Source: an uncultured bacterium (GTDB lineage Bacteria; Verrucomicrobiota; Verrucomicrobiia; Limisphaerales; UBA8199). From it: 64,000 nt of DNA. Positions within the stretch are counted from its first letter, which is position 1; every line of letters starts with the position of its first letter. Both the position numbers and the translations under genes were made by a program. Below, one piece after another: positions 41,124-52,020 of the stretch. Under the pieces are notes generated by a model. The model had not been told where the DNA came from, made no database searches, and was given only the letters and a program-made list of their open reading frames with translations. The stretch spans positions 96,001-160,000 of the forward strand of contig CAVVMW010000015.1 of assembly GCA_963749495.1 (NCBI GenBank), read 5' to 3'.

Positions 41124-42128
41124 TCAGAACCGGTCGTACAGGATGTCCCACGCAACCGGCGACCCTCGCGGGGTGGCTTGGCCCCCATGGTCCACACGCT
41201 CGGGGCCGACACTGTAAAGCAGCCAATTGGTGCCGCGGGGACGATACACGAGCGGGGTGCGGGTGAACGGATCTTGTGGCACCCGCGAGAGGTACTTCGG
41301 GACCAACTCATCCGTGCGCCCGGGCGCGCGCCCGCGTTCGAGGACGAAAAGCCGCAAGGCCAATTCACCCGCCAGGAGGCGTTCGTGGGCGACAACTATG
41401 TTGTGGCGGCTCTCGAGCGCCTTGAGCATTTGCCGGGTTGACCACCAGGCATTCACCCATTCTATTGGATTGAGGCAGTGCTTGAGTTGCTGGTAGGTGA
41501 ACGACTTCTCGTTTCGCGCCACCTCCGCCTGGCCGGCGCGGTTGGTATCCACTTTTTCCAATTCGGCCACAACGATGCGGCTGTCCTCGCGGCCAAGCTT
41601 CGGCACAACCCTGGCCAACCCCCGGCAACCAATGGTTTCGCAAGCAACGCCCACCAGGCTATCAATGGCAAGCCCGCCCCGGGGCATCTGGTTACCAAGG
41701 TGGATGGCATCGAGGTAGCTTCGCGCCGCGGCGCCAGGCTGGTTGTCCATCTCCCGCAGCCGCCCCTCGGCGGCCAGCACGTAAACCAAGTGCTTGATTC
41801 CCAACAACGAACCGTTCCGAGGGACGAGTGTGGGCAGGGTGGGAGTAGGCGCGCAACACTGTCGTCCCAAGCCAACACGGAGCAGTCGAAGCGGCTCCGC
41901 GTTCGTCGAGACCAGACTGAGCAAGCCCTCGTGGCCGAGAGTCGAGTAGTTGGCGGTGTCGCTGGTCACCAGGGCCGCGGCCTTGAGGAAATCGTCATAG
42001 CCGTTCGGATTCGGCAGCGGGGCGGGAGGGGGTGTCCCGACGTTGGACAGGAGGAGCGCGGCCAGCGCGCCCAGCGCGAGGATGACCGCCAACGCGAGCG
42101 GCAGCTTGGGGCCTTTTCGCAGTATCAC
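41124..42128 (-). CDS. Membrane-anchored hypothetical protein with a GspG-like C-terminal motif
   Basis: N-terminal TM, PNPNGYDD, LVPKYLSRVPQDPF..LLYSVGP..DHGG. Confidence 0.7.
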   Translation of the reverse strand: MILRKGPKLPLALAVILALGALAALLLSNVGTPPPAPLPNPNGYDDFLKAAALVTSDTANYSTLGHEGLLSLVSTNAEPLRLLRVGLGRQCCAPTPTLPTLVPRNGSLLGIKHLVYVLAAEGRLREMDNQPGAAARSYLDAIHLGNQMPRGGLAIDSLVGVACETIGCRGLARVVPKLGREDSRIVVAELEKVDTNRAGQAEVARNEKSFTYQQLKHCLNPIEWVNAWWSTRQMLKALESRHNIVVAHERLLAGELALRLFVLERGRAPGRTDELVPKYLSRVPQDPFTRTPLVYRPRGTNWLLYSVGPERVDHGGQATPRGSPVAWDILYDRF

Positions 42129-42233
42129 CGGCCGGCAGCGTACCCGAGCCGTGAGGTGGGGTCAAGCCCCGGCCCCAGGGTGGGGAAGCACAGACGGATG
42201 TTCCGGTGATTTCAACCGATAAGAAGGCCTTTT

Positions 42234-42979
42234 TCATGTGCCGTTTTGGGCGTCCCGCTGGACGGGGTCACTGATGGCGCGCAACGCCCTGTTCGCCGCG
42301 TGGCGCGCGGCCATGGAAAAGGTCCGCACGCGCTCGATGCTTGGAATCGCCGCTTTCGCGGTGGGTCCCATTTCCTCGATTGCCTCGAGGGCGCGGACCA
42401 GCTTGAGATCAACGTCGAGACTGCTTTGACCACTGGGCGCAGCAACGGAATCGAGCACGGCAATGAGGGTTGGCAGGCTCTCACCAAGCGGTATCAGAAT
42501 GTTGCTGATCGCTGTGAAATCGCAAGAGTAACCTTGCGGACGGAGGTGCCCCACTCATGTCCTCGAGCCGTGCAAAAGGCACGATAGGCTTCAGCCACGG
42601 CACTTACGATTCGGGACGCCTCCTCAGGCCTCTTATCGCTCATGGAGATCTCAATGGTATCCTGGCTAAAAACCCGCAGTTTAATTGCTTGCCGAAGCCG
42701 ATGAATCGCTTCATCAACACCCACCATGCTGCCGTCTGCGTTGGCCTCCAGGTTTAGTTGTTTGACCGCATTGCTGAGAATGAGCTGGGAGCCTATGACT
42801 TCGAATTCACAGGGAATGAACCAGGGATCAGAAAAGACACCAGGAGCCGGCTTGTGTTCAATCTCCACTCTCGCTGCGGCTCGGTAACGTTGTGGGCTTA
42901 GAAACCACCACATTCCAAAGACGCTGAGAACAAGGCCGAGCGTCAAAGCGCACATTCTTAGGGAAATCGTGGATTTCAT
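42234..42979 (-). CDS. Hypothetical membrane protein (Wzz/GumC-like N-terminus plus HEAT-like tail), probable frameshift ~42555
   Basis: TM helix then YRAAARVEI..EFEVIGSQLILSNAVKQLNL..PEEASRIVSAVAEAY; second frame ALEAIEEMGPTAKAAIP. Confidence 0.55.
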
Positions 42980-43082
42980 GGTGCGGTCGGTCAGGGTCAG
43001 TTGCTCCGATAATCCTCCCCCTCCGCCAGCATCCTGTTCACCACAGCGATGTAATCACGGATACGCTCGTCTGGATATTTCA

Positions 43083-43136
43083 CTGATAGGAATTTGCTTT
43101 TTCGCCGCGCCGCCGGTTTTGACGCTACGCGGGTGA
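43083..43136 (+). repeat. ~50-bp junction element, copy 2
   Basis: CTGATAGGAATTTGCTTTTTCGCCGCGCCGCCGGTTTTGACGCTACGCGGGTGAG. Confidence 0.92.
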
Positions 43137-43160
43137 GACGCGGGGGTGGTTCAAACGCTC

Positions 43161-44180
43161 TCATGGTTCCAGCCTCAAGGTCCTTTGAATCATCTGGCGG
43201 ACCTTGTTGGAGCTGCTGGGCGAAGTTGTCAAATGCCTGAGCAACACGCAGCGCTGGTGGGCATTGGTGAGAATGTAATCGCAAACGGCTTGGGTCATGA
43301 TTGGCGTCCCACCGAGCCTGGGATTGGGAACAGGATATTGTTCGCTAAAGGAAAGGCATAACCCATGGGCGCCGGAGTCCGAGACGAAAGGCTCCTGCCG
43401 CCAAGAGGATGGAATCGCCCGGGAGTTCTTCTCGAACTGCGACCGCAGTTCGGCGGCTGCAGCCTCCACACCCTCGAGTCCTTTGGGGAGAGGAGAGCCG
43501 TGCCGGCTGACAAATGTCCATCCCGCGGGACGTTGGAATGCAACGTCTTCATCGAGCAAGCACGCACGGAGGAAATTGCCGCTGAATACCCCGCCTCCGG
43601 CCACTTGCGACAGGTGACACGCCGGATAACCTAACCATTCGTAATATCGGATCCATCGGCCACCGGGCTCGATGGAAATGCCAGGATGATCGAAGAACAC
43701 TCTGCCCGCGGCACGAAACGACGCTACAGGAGCTGCTTTGCGGAATCCGAGCCGAGACGGTTCGTGAAACAAGGAGGACGGAAAGCTGTGCGCCAATCCA
43801 ACGACCGTGTTTGTCGCGCCAAATGACTGTTGCAGTATCTCGCCCAATCGGCGGGCACCTTGCACAGCGGCTGATTCCGCCTCGGCTGAATTAGCGCCAG
43901 CCGTTATTACCCTGATCAGGCCATTGGTCTCCTGGCTCGTCCCCTGCAGCGTAATCATGGTGGGGGTTTCGATCATCACGCCCAGCTTGGCCATGCCGGG
44001 GCAGGACTTGATCACTCTTCGGCGGAAGTCGGAGCGCAAGACCGCGGCATTGAACGGGCGCATCGTCACAAAGGACTCGCCAAGGTATCCCGGCTGCCTG
44101 AACGCTTGAAACAGGAACACAGTCACCAGAATGAGGAACAGACCTCCAGACGCCGAAAAACAGGTTAACCGCTTGCTCAT
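43161..44180 (-). CDS. Hypothetical membrane-anchored protein
   Basis: 339-codon ORF with an N-terminal hydrophobic helix; no recognised motif. Confidence 0.6.
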   Translation of the reverse strand: MSKRLTCFSASGGLFLILVTVFLFQAFRQPGYLGESFVTMRPFNAAVLRSDFRRRVIKSCPGMAKLGVMIETPTMITLQGTSQETNGLIRVITAGANSAEAESAAVQGARRLGEILQQSFGATNTVVGLAHSFPSSLFHEPSRLGFRKAAPVASFRAAGRVFFDHPGISIEPGGRWIRYYEWLGYPACHLSQVAGGGVFSGNFLRACLLDEDVAFQRPAGWTFVSRHGSPLPKGLEGVEAAAAELRSQFEKNSRAIPSSWRQEPFVSDSGAHGLCLSFSEQYPVPNPRLGGTPIMTQAVCDYILTNAHQRCVLLRHLTTSPSSSNKVRQMIQRTLRLEP

Positions 44181-44491
44181 CGATCCAGAGAACAGCTCTC
44201 ATGCGCCCTCGGCTCGACCCCAAGTCCTTGTTGGGCCGAGGCAGAACCGGGTCTGGAAGTCTCCCAGCCCAGCTCTTGCGATGGAGATAACGACGCCCAC
44301 CCAGACCGGGGCGGCTTCTTGAGGAAGCGCAATTGGCTGGGCTTTAGGGCCATATCACTGGTTGGACAATCTCTGACCCTGCGCGTTCAACAACGGCGTC
44401 TTCGGTTGGAAGGGTCCACCTGGCAGCCATCGAGATCGATTTTTCTCTGTCGGATTTCGTCTCTGGCGGCTTCTATAGAGGTGAAAGGCGT

Positions 44492-44812
44492 ATGGCAGAA
44501 GACGACGGCCAGTTGTTGCAGGATTACGCGAGCAGCGGCTCGGAGCGGGCCTTCGGCGAGCTGGTCGCACGGCACATCAATATGGTCTATTCGGTGGCGC
44601 TGCGCCTGGTGCGGGGCGACATTCACCTGGCTCAGGACGTCGCGCAGACCGTCTTCATGGATTTGTCGCTCAAGGCAAAGTCGCTCGCCCGCGGCGTTGT
44701 GCTGGCGGGCTGGCTTTGCCGGCACACCTTCTTCGTAGCCTCTGCCAAAGTGCGGACCGAGCAGCGGCGCCGGCAGCGCGAACGCCAGGCGGTTCAAATG
44801 AACACCATCACT
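44492..44812 (+). pseudogene. Truncated ECF sigma-70 factor (region 2 only)
   Basis: DDGQLLQDYASSGSERAFGELVARHINMVYSVALR..AQDVAQTVF..LAGWL..RRRQRE; similarity ends at junction element copy 3, region 4 is missing. Confidence 0.85.
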
Positions 44813-44864
44813 GATAGCAATTTGCTTTTTCGCCGCGCCGCCGGTTTTGACGCTACGCGGGTGA
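44811..44864 (+). repeat. ~50-bp junction element, copy 3
   Basis: CTGATAGCAATTTGCTTTTTCGCCGCGCCGCCGGTTTTGACGCTACGCGGGTGAG. Confidence 0.92.
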
Positions 44865-45352
44865 GGGAGAATTGGTTTCTGCCCGCATTCATCACGGGGG
44901 GATGATGCAGGAGCGGCACGCGCCCGTCAACCGGCACATTCTGCCGGTTCCTGGGCGGTTTTGGCGGCGGCGGGGTCGGAAGCGGCAGCCCGGGCAGGAA
45001 CCTGCGCAGAAATGGGCTTGGTTACCCCCCGGCCTGGGCGTCGAGGGGCCGTCGCCGGGCAAAGTTGTTCGGTCCCGAGGGCCTTAAGCCAGCGGCGCTC
45101 AATCTGTCAGCACGTTCTCGTAATCCGGGGTTAACTCTCCACCTCTCCTCCACCGCCCCCAAAAAGATCGTTTCCTCCGTCTCTATTCTCCTTTTCCTCC
45201 CTTTCGCCCCTCTCCGCGCCCTCTCCCCATCCCCACCCGCACACCGGCCTCGGAAAACGCTCGATTTTGCCGAGCTGAAATTGACTTCCACACTGTCAAA
45301 CAAATATCCCGCGCCAAAGAAACCCCCCATTTTACCGAGGCTGTTGCGCCTT

Positions 45353-46160
45353 GCCGAGTGGAGGCGGGCTGTTGCCAGCCCGCCCCCCTCTAAGAACCTG
45401 TACGTGAAAGTTTCCCTTCATTCCGGCTCAAGCCCTCATAAGGTCAGCGCAATCGAATTGAACTTTTTGGCCGACCCACGGGCAAACGGGCGAGCAAACC
45501 TCGCACATCCGTAAACCCGCTTGGCGATACTGGCGTGCGGTCGTAATGCGCCGTGCTCCTTGGGGAGACGGCACCCAGAGCGCATCAACCGGCGAGCGCC
45601 GGTCGTCATTTGCAGTTCTGGTGGGTAACGATTCCTCATGCGTTCTTGCCATTTCAGACCAGACCGACGTGGGCATATCCAGCGCATTACCGCTGGCGTT
45701 GGCTTCTTCGGTCATCCCAATGCTGCGCCCCCTGACCCGCCTTGCGGTGAGGTCTGCCCGGTCGCGTAACCGGGCGGGGTTGGCAGCGTTTCCATGTTCT
45801 GCAACGTTCACAGGATGATTTAGGTCCGCCCTATACACCGGCAACGCGAGGTTCGCGTCGGGGTACGCAACAGCCCCCGAACCTGGTTGCTTGCCTTTTG
45901 GCCCAAGCCTTAACCAGCCTCTTTTGGCTTGACAACAATCACGATGCTTGCGGGCGTTCATTTGGTTTTGACCATGTCATCCGATTCTAGTGCTCCCCCG
46001 GATTGAGGCTCCCAGGTTTGCTCCATTGTCCGGAAGGCTTCAGACCCCGAGACGCAGCGCGTCTGGCGCCTGCTTCCGTAGAATACCTCTGGCGAAACAC
46101 AGGGCTTAATCATGAACTATTCATGTTTTTTGCAGTAAACGTTGCAACTTCACGTCGCGG
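45353..46160 (-). mobile_element. ORF-less group II intron (~810 nt)
   Basis: Domain V GAGCCGGAATGAAGGGAAACTTTCACGTACAGGTTC and domain VI GGCGGGCTGGCAACAGCCCGCCTCCACTCGGC at 45353-45429; domain-I-like motifs (CCTGGGAGCC..ATCCGGG, GCTTGGGCCAAAAGGCAAG); 5' end ..GCGACGTGAAGTTGC. Confidence 0.8.
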
Positions 46161-46401
46161 GTTGCGGGTCATGTTGCGGGTCTCGCATCAAAAATCCCCC
46201 GGTTCCATGCGCCTTGTAGCGCTGTAGCTGGTCCATACCCCTGTGCCGCAGACCACCCGGTCAGGAGAACAGCTTCGGCGGAAAATGGGGTCAGCCCAAA
46301 AAAGGGATCGGTCAAAACTATTGACATAAGAGCTGGTTTGAGGCGCCGTTCCCACATGCCGCGGAGGCTGCGAGGCCAGTATCCTGACGCCATTTGTCCC
46401 C

Positions 46402-46545
46402 TTTTCCCGTACGGGGGAATGAGTCCCGCAGGGACCGCTGAAAAGACGGTTGATTTCAGCCGTCCCTGCGGGACTCCTGACCACTCGGTGCGGCAGAACC
46501 CAACGTGGGAACGTTGGGCTATTCTCAGAACGTCACTCCGGGACA
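46402..46545. repeat. REP-like hairpin cluster
   Basis: AGTCCCGCAGGGACCGCTGAAA..TTTCAGCCGTCCCTGCGGGACT and CCCAACGT..ACGTTGGG. Confidence 0.75.
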
Positions 46546-46595
46546 GAACTCGGGCGCATTCGGCCGGTTTCCGAGGAAATCTAACACTGTCGAAT

Positions 46596-46727
46596 TAGTG
46601 CCGTGTCCGCTAAGTCCTTTTAAGAACTTGAAACCGCGGAATACGCGGAATACGCGAAACCTGAAGGGGAAAACTCCCGCGTATTCCGCGGTTTATAATT
46701 CAAGGGACTTAATGGGCACCACACTAG
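46596..46727. repeat. Palindromic element with 9-bp units (CGCGGAATA) and TAAGTCC..GGACTTA arms
   Basis: TAGTG..GTGTCC..TAAGTCC..AAACCGCGGAATACGCG / CGCGTATTCCGCGGTTT..GGACTTA..GGGCAC..CACTA. Confidence 0.8.
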
Positions 46728-46836
46728 TATATCGTCCTGGCCGTCGCGTACAAGCACACGGCGGCCTTCACCCCTGCCGCGAAAATCCTATCTCTCGCCC
46801 TCGACTCTTCGTTCCCTCCGTTTCCTTCTGTTCCTC

Positions 46837-47535
46837 TCATTCCGCCGGCCGGACGCCAACCTCGTCTAAATGGCGCAACAGGTCGGCGGGGTCTTGGTAA
46901 ACCCGGTAAGCGCCCGCCCGTTCCAGCTCGTCCTGGCCATAGCCGCCCGAGAGCAATCCGACGCCCAGCACCCTGGCCCTGCGGGCCGCCAGCAGGTCCC
47001 ACACGCTGTCTCCCACCACCACCGACGCGCTCAGGTCCGCGCCCAGCTTTTGGGCCGCCGCCAGGAACAGGTCCGGGTCGGGCTTGGCGTACCGCACCTG
47101 GTCGCGGGTGATGACGGTGGCTTGGTTCGGGTCAACCCCCAGAACCTTGAGGGCCGGGCCTGCCGTTTCCATTCGCCCGCTGGTGGCGATGGCCCACGGG
47201 ACTCGCATCCCGGTGAGGTAGGCGAGCAACTCCCGCGCGCCGGGCAGCGGTCGCACGTGCCCCACCACACGGACATAGGCCTCGGCATGCCAGCGCCGCA
47301 TGTCCGCCGCCTCCGCCTTTGTCAGCTTGGCGCCGGTCTCGCGCGAGAGGGCGTCCACAAACAGCCCGCCGCTCATCCCGATGCGCCGGTGGATGCGCCA
47401 GACGGCTAATTCGATGCCGCCCCGTTCCAGCGCCTCGCGCCAGGCCAGGACGTGCTGGTAAACGCTGTCCACCAGGGTCCCATCCAGATCGAAGAGGAGG
47501 GCCGGGGCATTTCTCCGGGATTTGCGAGCTTTCAT
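46837..47535 (-). CDS. HAD-family hydrolase (subfamily IA)
   Basis: FDLDGTLVDS, ATSG, KPDPD, VGDSVWD. Confidence 0.93.
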   Translation of the reverse strand: MKARKSRRNAPALLFDLDGTLVDSVYQHVLAWREALERGGIELAVWRIHRRIGMSGGLFVDALSRETGAKLTKAEAADMRRWHAEAYVRVVGHVRPLPGARELLAYLTGMRVPWAIATSGRMETAGPALKVLGVDPNQATVITRDQVRYAKPDPDLFLAAAQKLGADLSASVVVGDSVWDLLAARRARVLGVGLLSGGYGQDELERAGAYRVYQDPADLLRHLDEVGVRPAE

Positions 47536-47543
47536 CTGTGCTC

Positions 47544-48893
47544 TCAGCCCAGTTTGTCCCTGTTTTCGTAGAGCTTCTCGATGGCGTCGGCGATGTCGTC
47601 CATATCCTGGCGGGTGCCCAGGAGCATGTTCTGGGTAAACCACACGGCCTCGGAACAGAGGCGGTCGTTCTGGGGCAGAACGTTCTCGCGGCGGTATCGG
47701 TCGAGGCGTTCCTTGGAGAAGAGCCTCTGGTAGCCCTTGGAGTTGAGGGCCTCTTCGATGAGGCCGTCCTTGTTTGCCGGCCCGTAGCCGGCGCTGCAGG
47801 GGATGCCCTCGGCGCTGAGGGCGTCGAGGAATTTGTGGCGAGGGACCTGGTTGAAGGCCTGTTCATTGTAACGGAAGGGATAGAGGTGATAGACCGCCCG
47901 GGTGGCGCCCGGATTGGGCTTGTAAGAGATAATGCCGGGGATCTGCTGGAGCCTGGAGGTCAGGTATTGGGCGTTTTGTCCGCGCAATTGGGTGTCCCGT
48001 TCCAGGCGCTTCATCTGCGACATGAGGATGACGGCCTGGAATTCCTGCATGCGGCAGTTGGTGGAGCGGACGGGGTTGGGGCCCTGGGGCTGGAACAAGC
48101 CGTGGGCCCGTCCGCAGTTGTGGAAGGCGTGGCAGCGGTTAACCAGCTCCTCGTTGTTGCCAACAACGGCTCCGCCTTCGCCGGCGGGCAGGTGCTTGGA
48201 GTTTTGGAAGCTGAAGCAGCCCAGGTCGCCGAGCAGTCCGCATTTCTGCTGCTGGTATTCCGCCAGCCAGGCCTGGCAGGCGTCTTCCACCACCACCAGG
48301 TTGTGTTTGCGGGCGATGGACAGGATCGGCTCCATGTTGACCGGCAGACCCAGGATATGGACAGGCAGGATGGCCCGCGTCCGGTCCGTGATCCGCTCCT
48401 CGATCTTGGCCGGGTCGATCGTGAACGTCTCCACGTCCGTGTCGGCAAAGACCGGCAGGGCCTTGACCATGCAGATCACGCTGTAGCTGGCGACGAAGGT
48501 GTAGGGCGAGACAATCACTTCGTCGCCCGCGTCAACGCCCAGCACGTGCAGGGCGGTGATCAGGGCGGTAGTGCCGCTGGCCGTAGCCAGGCAGTTCTTG
48601 GCGCCGAGCAGTTCGGCGTAACGCCTCTCGAATTCCGTCACCCGCGTGCCCTGGCCGCGATACCAATTGCCGCTCCGCAGCACGGCCAGGATGTCCTCCT
48701 CTGCGCTCCGGTCCCAAACCGGCCATCCGGGCCAACCCTTGGTCCGCACCTTCTCGCCGCCCAAGCAGGCCGGCTTGCCCGCCTTCTTGCTCAGGAGGTC
48801 CGCGCCCGACAAGGGGCTCGATGCCATTGCCGCCGCCACCCCCGTGGAAGCGGTGGCCAGGAATTCGCGTCTGGTTACGTTCGATTTGTTCAT
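47544..48893 (-). CDS. DegT/DnrJ/EryC1/StrS PLP aminotransferase with Tat signal
   Basis: MNKSNVTRREFL; SGTTAL, ILPVH, EDACQA, FSFQNSKHLPAGEGG. Confidence 0.92.
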   Translation of the reverse strand: MNKSNVTRREFLATASTGVAAAMASSPLSGADLLSKKAGKPACLGGEKVRTKGWPGWPVWDRSAEEDILAVLRSGNWYRGQGTRVTEFERRYAELLGAKNCLATASGTTALITALHVLGVDAGDEVIVSPYTFVASYSVICMVKALPVFADTDVETFTIDPAKIEERITDRTRAILPVHILGLPVNMEPILSIARKHNLVVVEDACQAWLAEYQQQKCGLLGDLGCFSFQNSKHLPAGEGGAVVGNNEELVNRCHAFHNCGRAHGLFQPQGPNPVRSTNCRMQEFQAVILMSQMKRLERDTQLRGQNAQYLTSRLQQIPGIISYKPNPGATRAVYHLYPFRYNEQAFNQVPRHKFLDALSAEGIPCSAGYGPANKDGLIEEALNSKGYQRLFSKERLDRYRRENVLPQNDRLCSEAVWFTQNMLLGTRQDMDDIADAIEKLYENRDKLG

Positions 48894-49074
48894 AGTAGAT
48901 CCTCGTGGTTGAGCCCCTCCGGGGCCGAGCAAAAGCTCGAGGCTGGCGGCGACGCTGGACAGGAGGCCGTGAACCGAGAATGCTTTCTCACCCAGGCTCA
49001 TGCCCGTCAGTCTATGCCTGCGGAGAGCCGTGTCAATGACCGAAGCGCGCGAAGGCAGAACCATTGGTTGCCGG

Positions 49075-49200
49075 GGAGAGGCAAAATCATTATGGGCAGA
49101 ATCATGGGCAGAGGATGCGAAATGACGAATGACGAATGACGAATGACGAATGACCCAATCGCGGCGGTGCCTCCTCGTCATTCGTCATTTGTCACTCGTC
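49075..49200. repeat. Composite element: GGCARAATCAT block + (RAATGAC)x5 + 22-bp core + (GTCAYTY)x3
   Basis: Read directly; homologous to 53157-53300. Confidence 0.92.
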
Positions 49201-49300
49201 CCTCAGCCTCGGTTGCGCTTGCTCTCCGGGCGGGGATCATCCAGGGTGAGCCCGCGAGCATGAAACGAATGGCAGCGGAGCGGACGGAGGAGGCAGGGCG

Positions 49301-51800
49301 ATGAGCCGGCAGAGGGAGGCGGGAGCGGGGGACGCTGCGGAACGGGGCGGACTGGCGGCATTGGTGGTGTTGTTCTTCGGGAGCGGTTGCGCAGCGCTCA
49401 TTTACGAGGTCGTCTGGTTCCAGTTGCTGCAACTGGTCATCGGCTCCTCGGCGGTGTCGCTGGGGGTATTGTTGGGAGTATTCATGGGGGGCATGTGCCT
49501 GGGGAGCCTGGCCCTGCCGCGATGGATTTCGCCGGAAAGACACCCGTTGCGGGTTTATGCCCTGCTGGAGGCGGGACTGGGGATTTGCGGCCTGGCCGCC
49601 CTGGTCGTGGTGCCGCTGGTGGGATGGCTTTACTCGAGCCTGGCGGGTCCGGGTTTGGCGGGCCTGGCGCTGAGGGGAGCGGTGTGCGGGGCGTGCCTGC
49701 TGGCGCCCACGATGATGATGGGCGCCACGCTGCCGGCGATTGCGCGCAGCGTGCCGACCACGCCTGCGGGGGTGTCGTGGCTGGGCTTCTTTTATGGCGG
49801 CAACATTGCCGGGGCCGTTTTCGGGTGCTTGCTGGCCGGCTTCAGCCTGCTGCGGACCCACGACATGCACACCGCCACGTACGTGGCGGCTGCTATCAAC
49901 GGAACCGTGGCGGCGCTCGGTTTCATCCTGGCAATGGCCACGCCGCACCGGGCCGCCGGAACAGAACCGGACCCGGAAGGGCCAGGCTCAGATTCGCGCC
50001 AGCCAGTGGGCCGGGCAGAGCGGCTCGGGCCTGGTGAGCCTCACGATCGCGTTGTCGGGCCTCTGCGCGCTCGGGGCGGAGGTGGTGTGGACACGGCTGT
50101 TATCGCTGATGCTCGGGCCGACGGTCTATACGTTTTGCATCATCCTGGCGGTATTTCTTGTGGGTTTGGGCATAGGGAGCAGCATCGGGGCGCTGCTGGC
50201 GCGGGGCGCGGCCAATGCCCGCGTGGCGCTGGGCGGGTGTCAACTGCTGCTGACCGCCGCGATCGGGTGGGCGGCATTCATGCTGGGGCGCTCGCTGCCG
50301 TATTGGCCGATCAACCCGTCGCTGGCCTCAAGCATCTGGTTCAATTTTCAACTGGACCTGGCCCGTTGCGCGTGGGTCATGCTGCCGGCGGCCTGCCTTT
50401 GGGGCGCCAGCTTTCCGCTCGCCCTGGCGGCGGCGGCCCCCGGCCGCAGCGATGCGGGGCGCCTGGTGGGCCGGATCTATGCTGCAAACACAGTCGGGGC
50501 GATCGTCGGCGCGCTGGCCTGCAGCCTGTTCCTGATCGGCAGCATCGGCACCCAGCAAATCCAGCGGCTGTTGATCGGCTTGTCGGGGCTGGGCGGGATT
50601 TTGATGCTCTGGCCGTGGACGTGGAGAGCGGGCCCGCAGAACGGCCAGGGCACCCGGCCGGCCCAGGCCAAGGTGTGGCGGCTTCTGTTTCTGTCGGGCG
50701 CGGCGGGAGCGGCCGCGCTTCTGGCCTGGAGCGTGCCGGGAGTGCCGTGGGACCTGGTGGCTTATGGGCGTTACCTGCCGACCAAGAGCGAGGTGGGCAG
50801 GCGCCTTTACATGGGCGAGGGCCTCAATGCGTCGGTGGCGGTTTCGGAGTTGGGCAACGGGGTGCGCAATTTCCATATCAGCGGCAAGATCGAGGCCTCG
50901 ACCGACCCGCGCGACATGCGCCTCCAACGGATGCTGGGCCATATCCCGGCGCTGGTGCATGAGCGTCCCCGCTCGGTCCTGGTCGTCGGCTGCGGGGCCG
51001 GGGTCACGGCCGGCTCGTTTGTGGTCCATCCGGAGGTGAAACGGATCGTCATCTGCGAACTGGAGCCGTTGATCCCCAGGGCCGTGGCCCATTACTTCGG
51101 CACGGAAAACGAGGACGTGCTCCAGGACCCGCGCACAGAGGTCGTCTTCGATGACGCCCGGCATTACATCCTCACCACCCGCGAGAAGTTTGACATCATC
51201 ACGTCGGACCCGATCCATCCGTGGGTCAAAGGCGCGGCGACGTTGTACACGCGGGAGTACTTCGAACTGTGCCGGCAGCATTTGAACCCGGGCGGCCTGG
51301 TCACGCAGTGGGTGCCTCTCTACGAGAGCAGCCTGGCGGCAGTCAAGAGCGAGATAGCGACCTTCTTCTCCGTCTTCCCCGATGGCACGATCTGGGGCAA
51401 CGACGACGACGGGGAAGGATACGACCTGGTGCTGCTGGGGCAGGCAGGCCCGGCGAAAATCAACCTGGACCGCGTGCAGGAGCGCCTGGGCCGGGAGGAA
51501 TACTCGGCAGTGAGAGAATCGCTGCGGGCTGTGGGTTACCGCTCCGGGTTTGCCCTGCTGGCGACTTACGCCGGCCGCGCCAGGGACTTGGCGCCCTGGC
51601 TGCGAAAGGCCCAAATCAACCTGGATCGGAACCTGCGCCTCCAATACCTGGCCGGCCTGAGCCTCAATCACGCCCAGCAGAGTTTCATCTATGAAGACCT
51701 CGAGGTCTATCGCGCGTTTCCGGACGAATTATTTACCGGGGGTGAAGACCAGAAGCAGGCCCTGCGCCACATGATCGAGCGCACCCATCAGCACCCATAA
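49301..51800 (+). CDS. Fused multi-TM (MFS-like)/spermidine-synthase-like protein, frameshift ~50000
   Basis: SGCAALIYEVVW, GATLP, YAANTVG, VLVVGCGAGVT, ICELEP, DDARHY..FDIITSDP. Confidence 0.88.
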
Positions 51801-51827
51801 CGCCGCAGAGGGGAAGACTTCGTGGGG

Positions 51828-52015
51828 GCCTTTGTCGCGGCCTTTGTCGCAGCCTTTGTCGTGGCCTTGGTCTAATCTGCGACAACTCGACAAAGGTTGC
51901 GACAAAGGTTGCGACAAAGGTCCGAAAGGGACAAAAGCGACAAAAGGGACGAAAGGGACGCCTGCTCGGGTGTGGGGATGGGTTATTGATAGCCGATAGC
52001 CGATAGCCGATAGCC
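51828..52015. repeat. Stacked arrays: 12-mer palindrome (copy C), 9-mer (CRAAAGGGA-like)x4, 7-mer (GATAGCC)x4
   Basis: Read directly between convergent genes. Confidence 0.9.
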
Positions 52016-52020
52016 GACCG

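Noticed and set aside
40689..44864. Integron attC array
   Set aside because: No intI gene, no RYYYAAC..GTTRRRY ends, and the flanked segments include truncated genes rather than whole cassettes.
45022..46900. ORFs such as 45428-45961, 45065-45514 and 46505-46900 as genes, or an RT/DGR
   Set aside because: They overlap the intron RNA or hairpin repeats and have no protein motifs; no reverse-transcriptase motif seen in the window.
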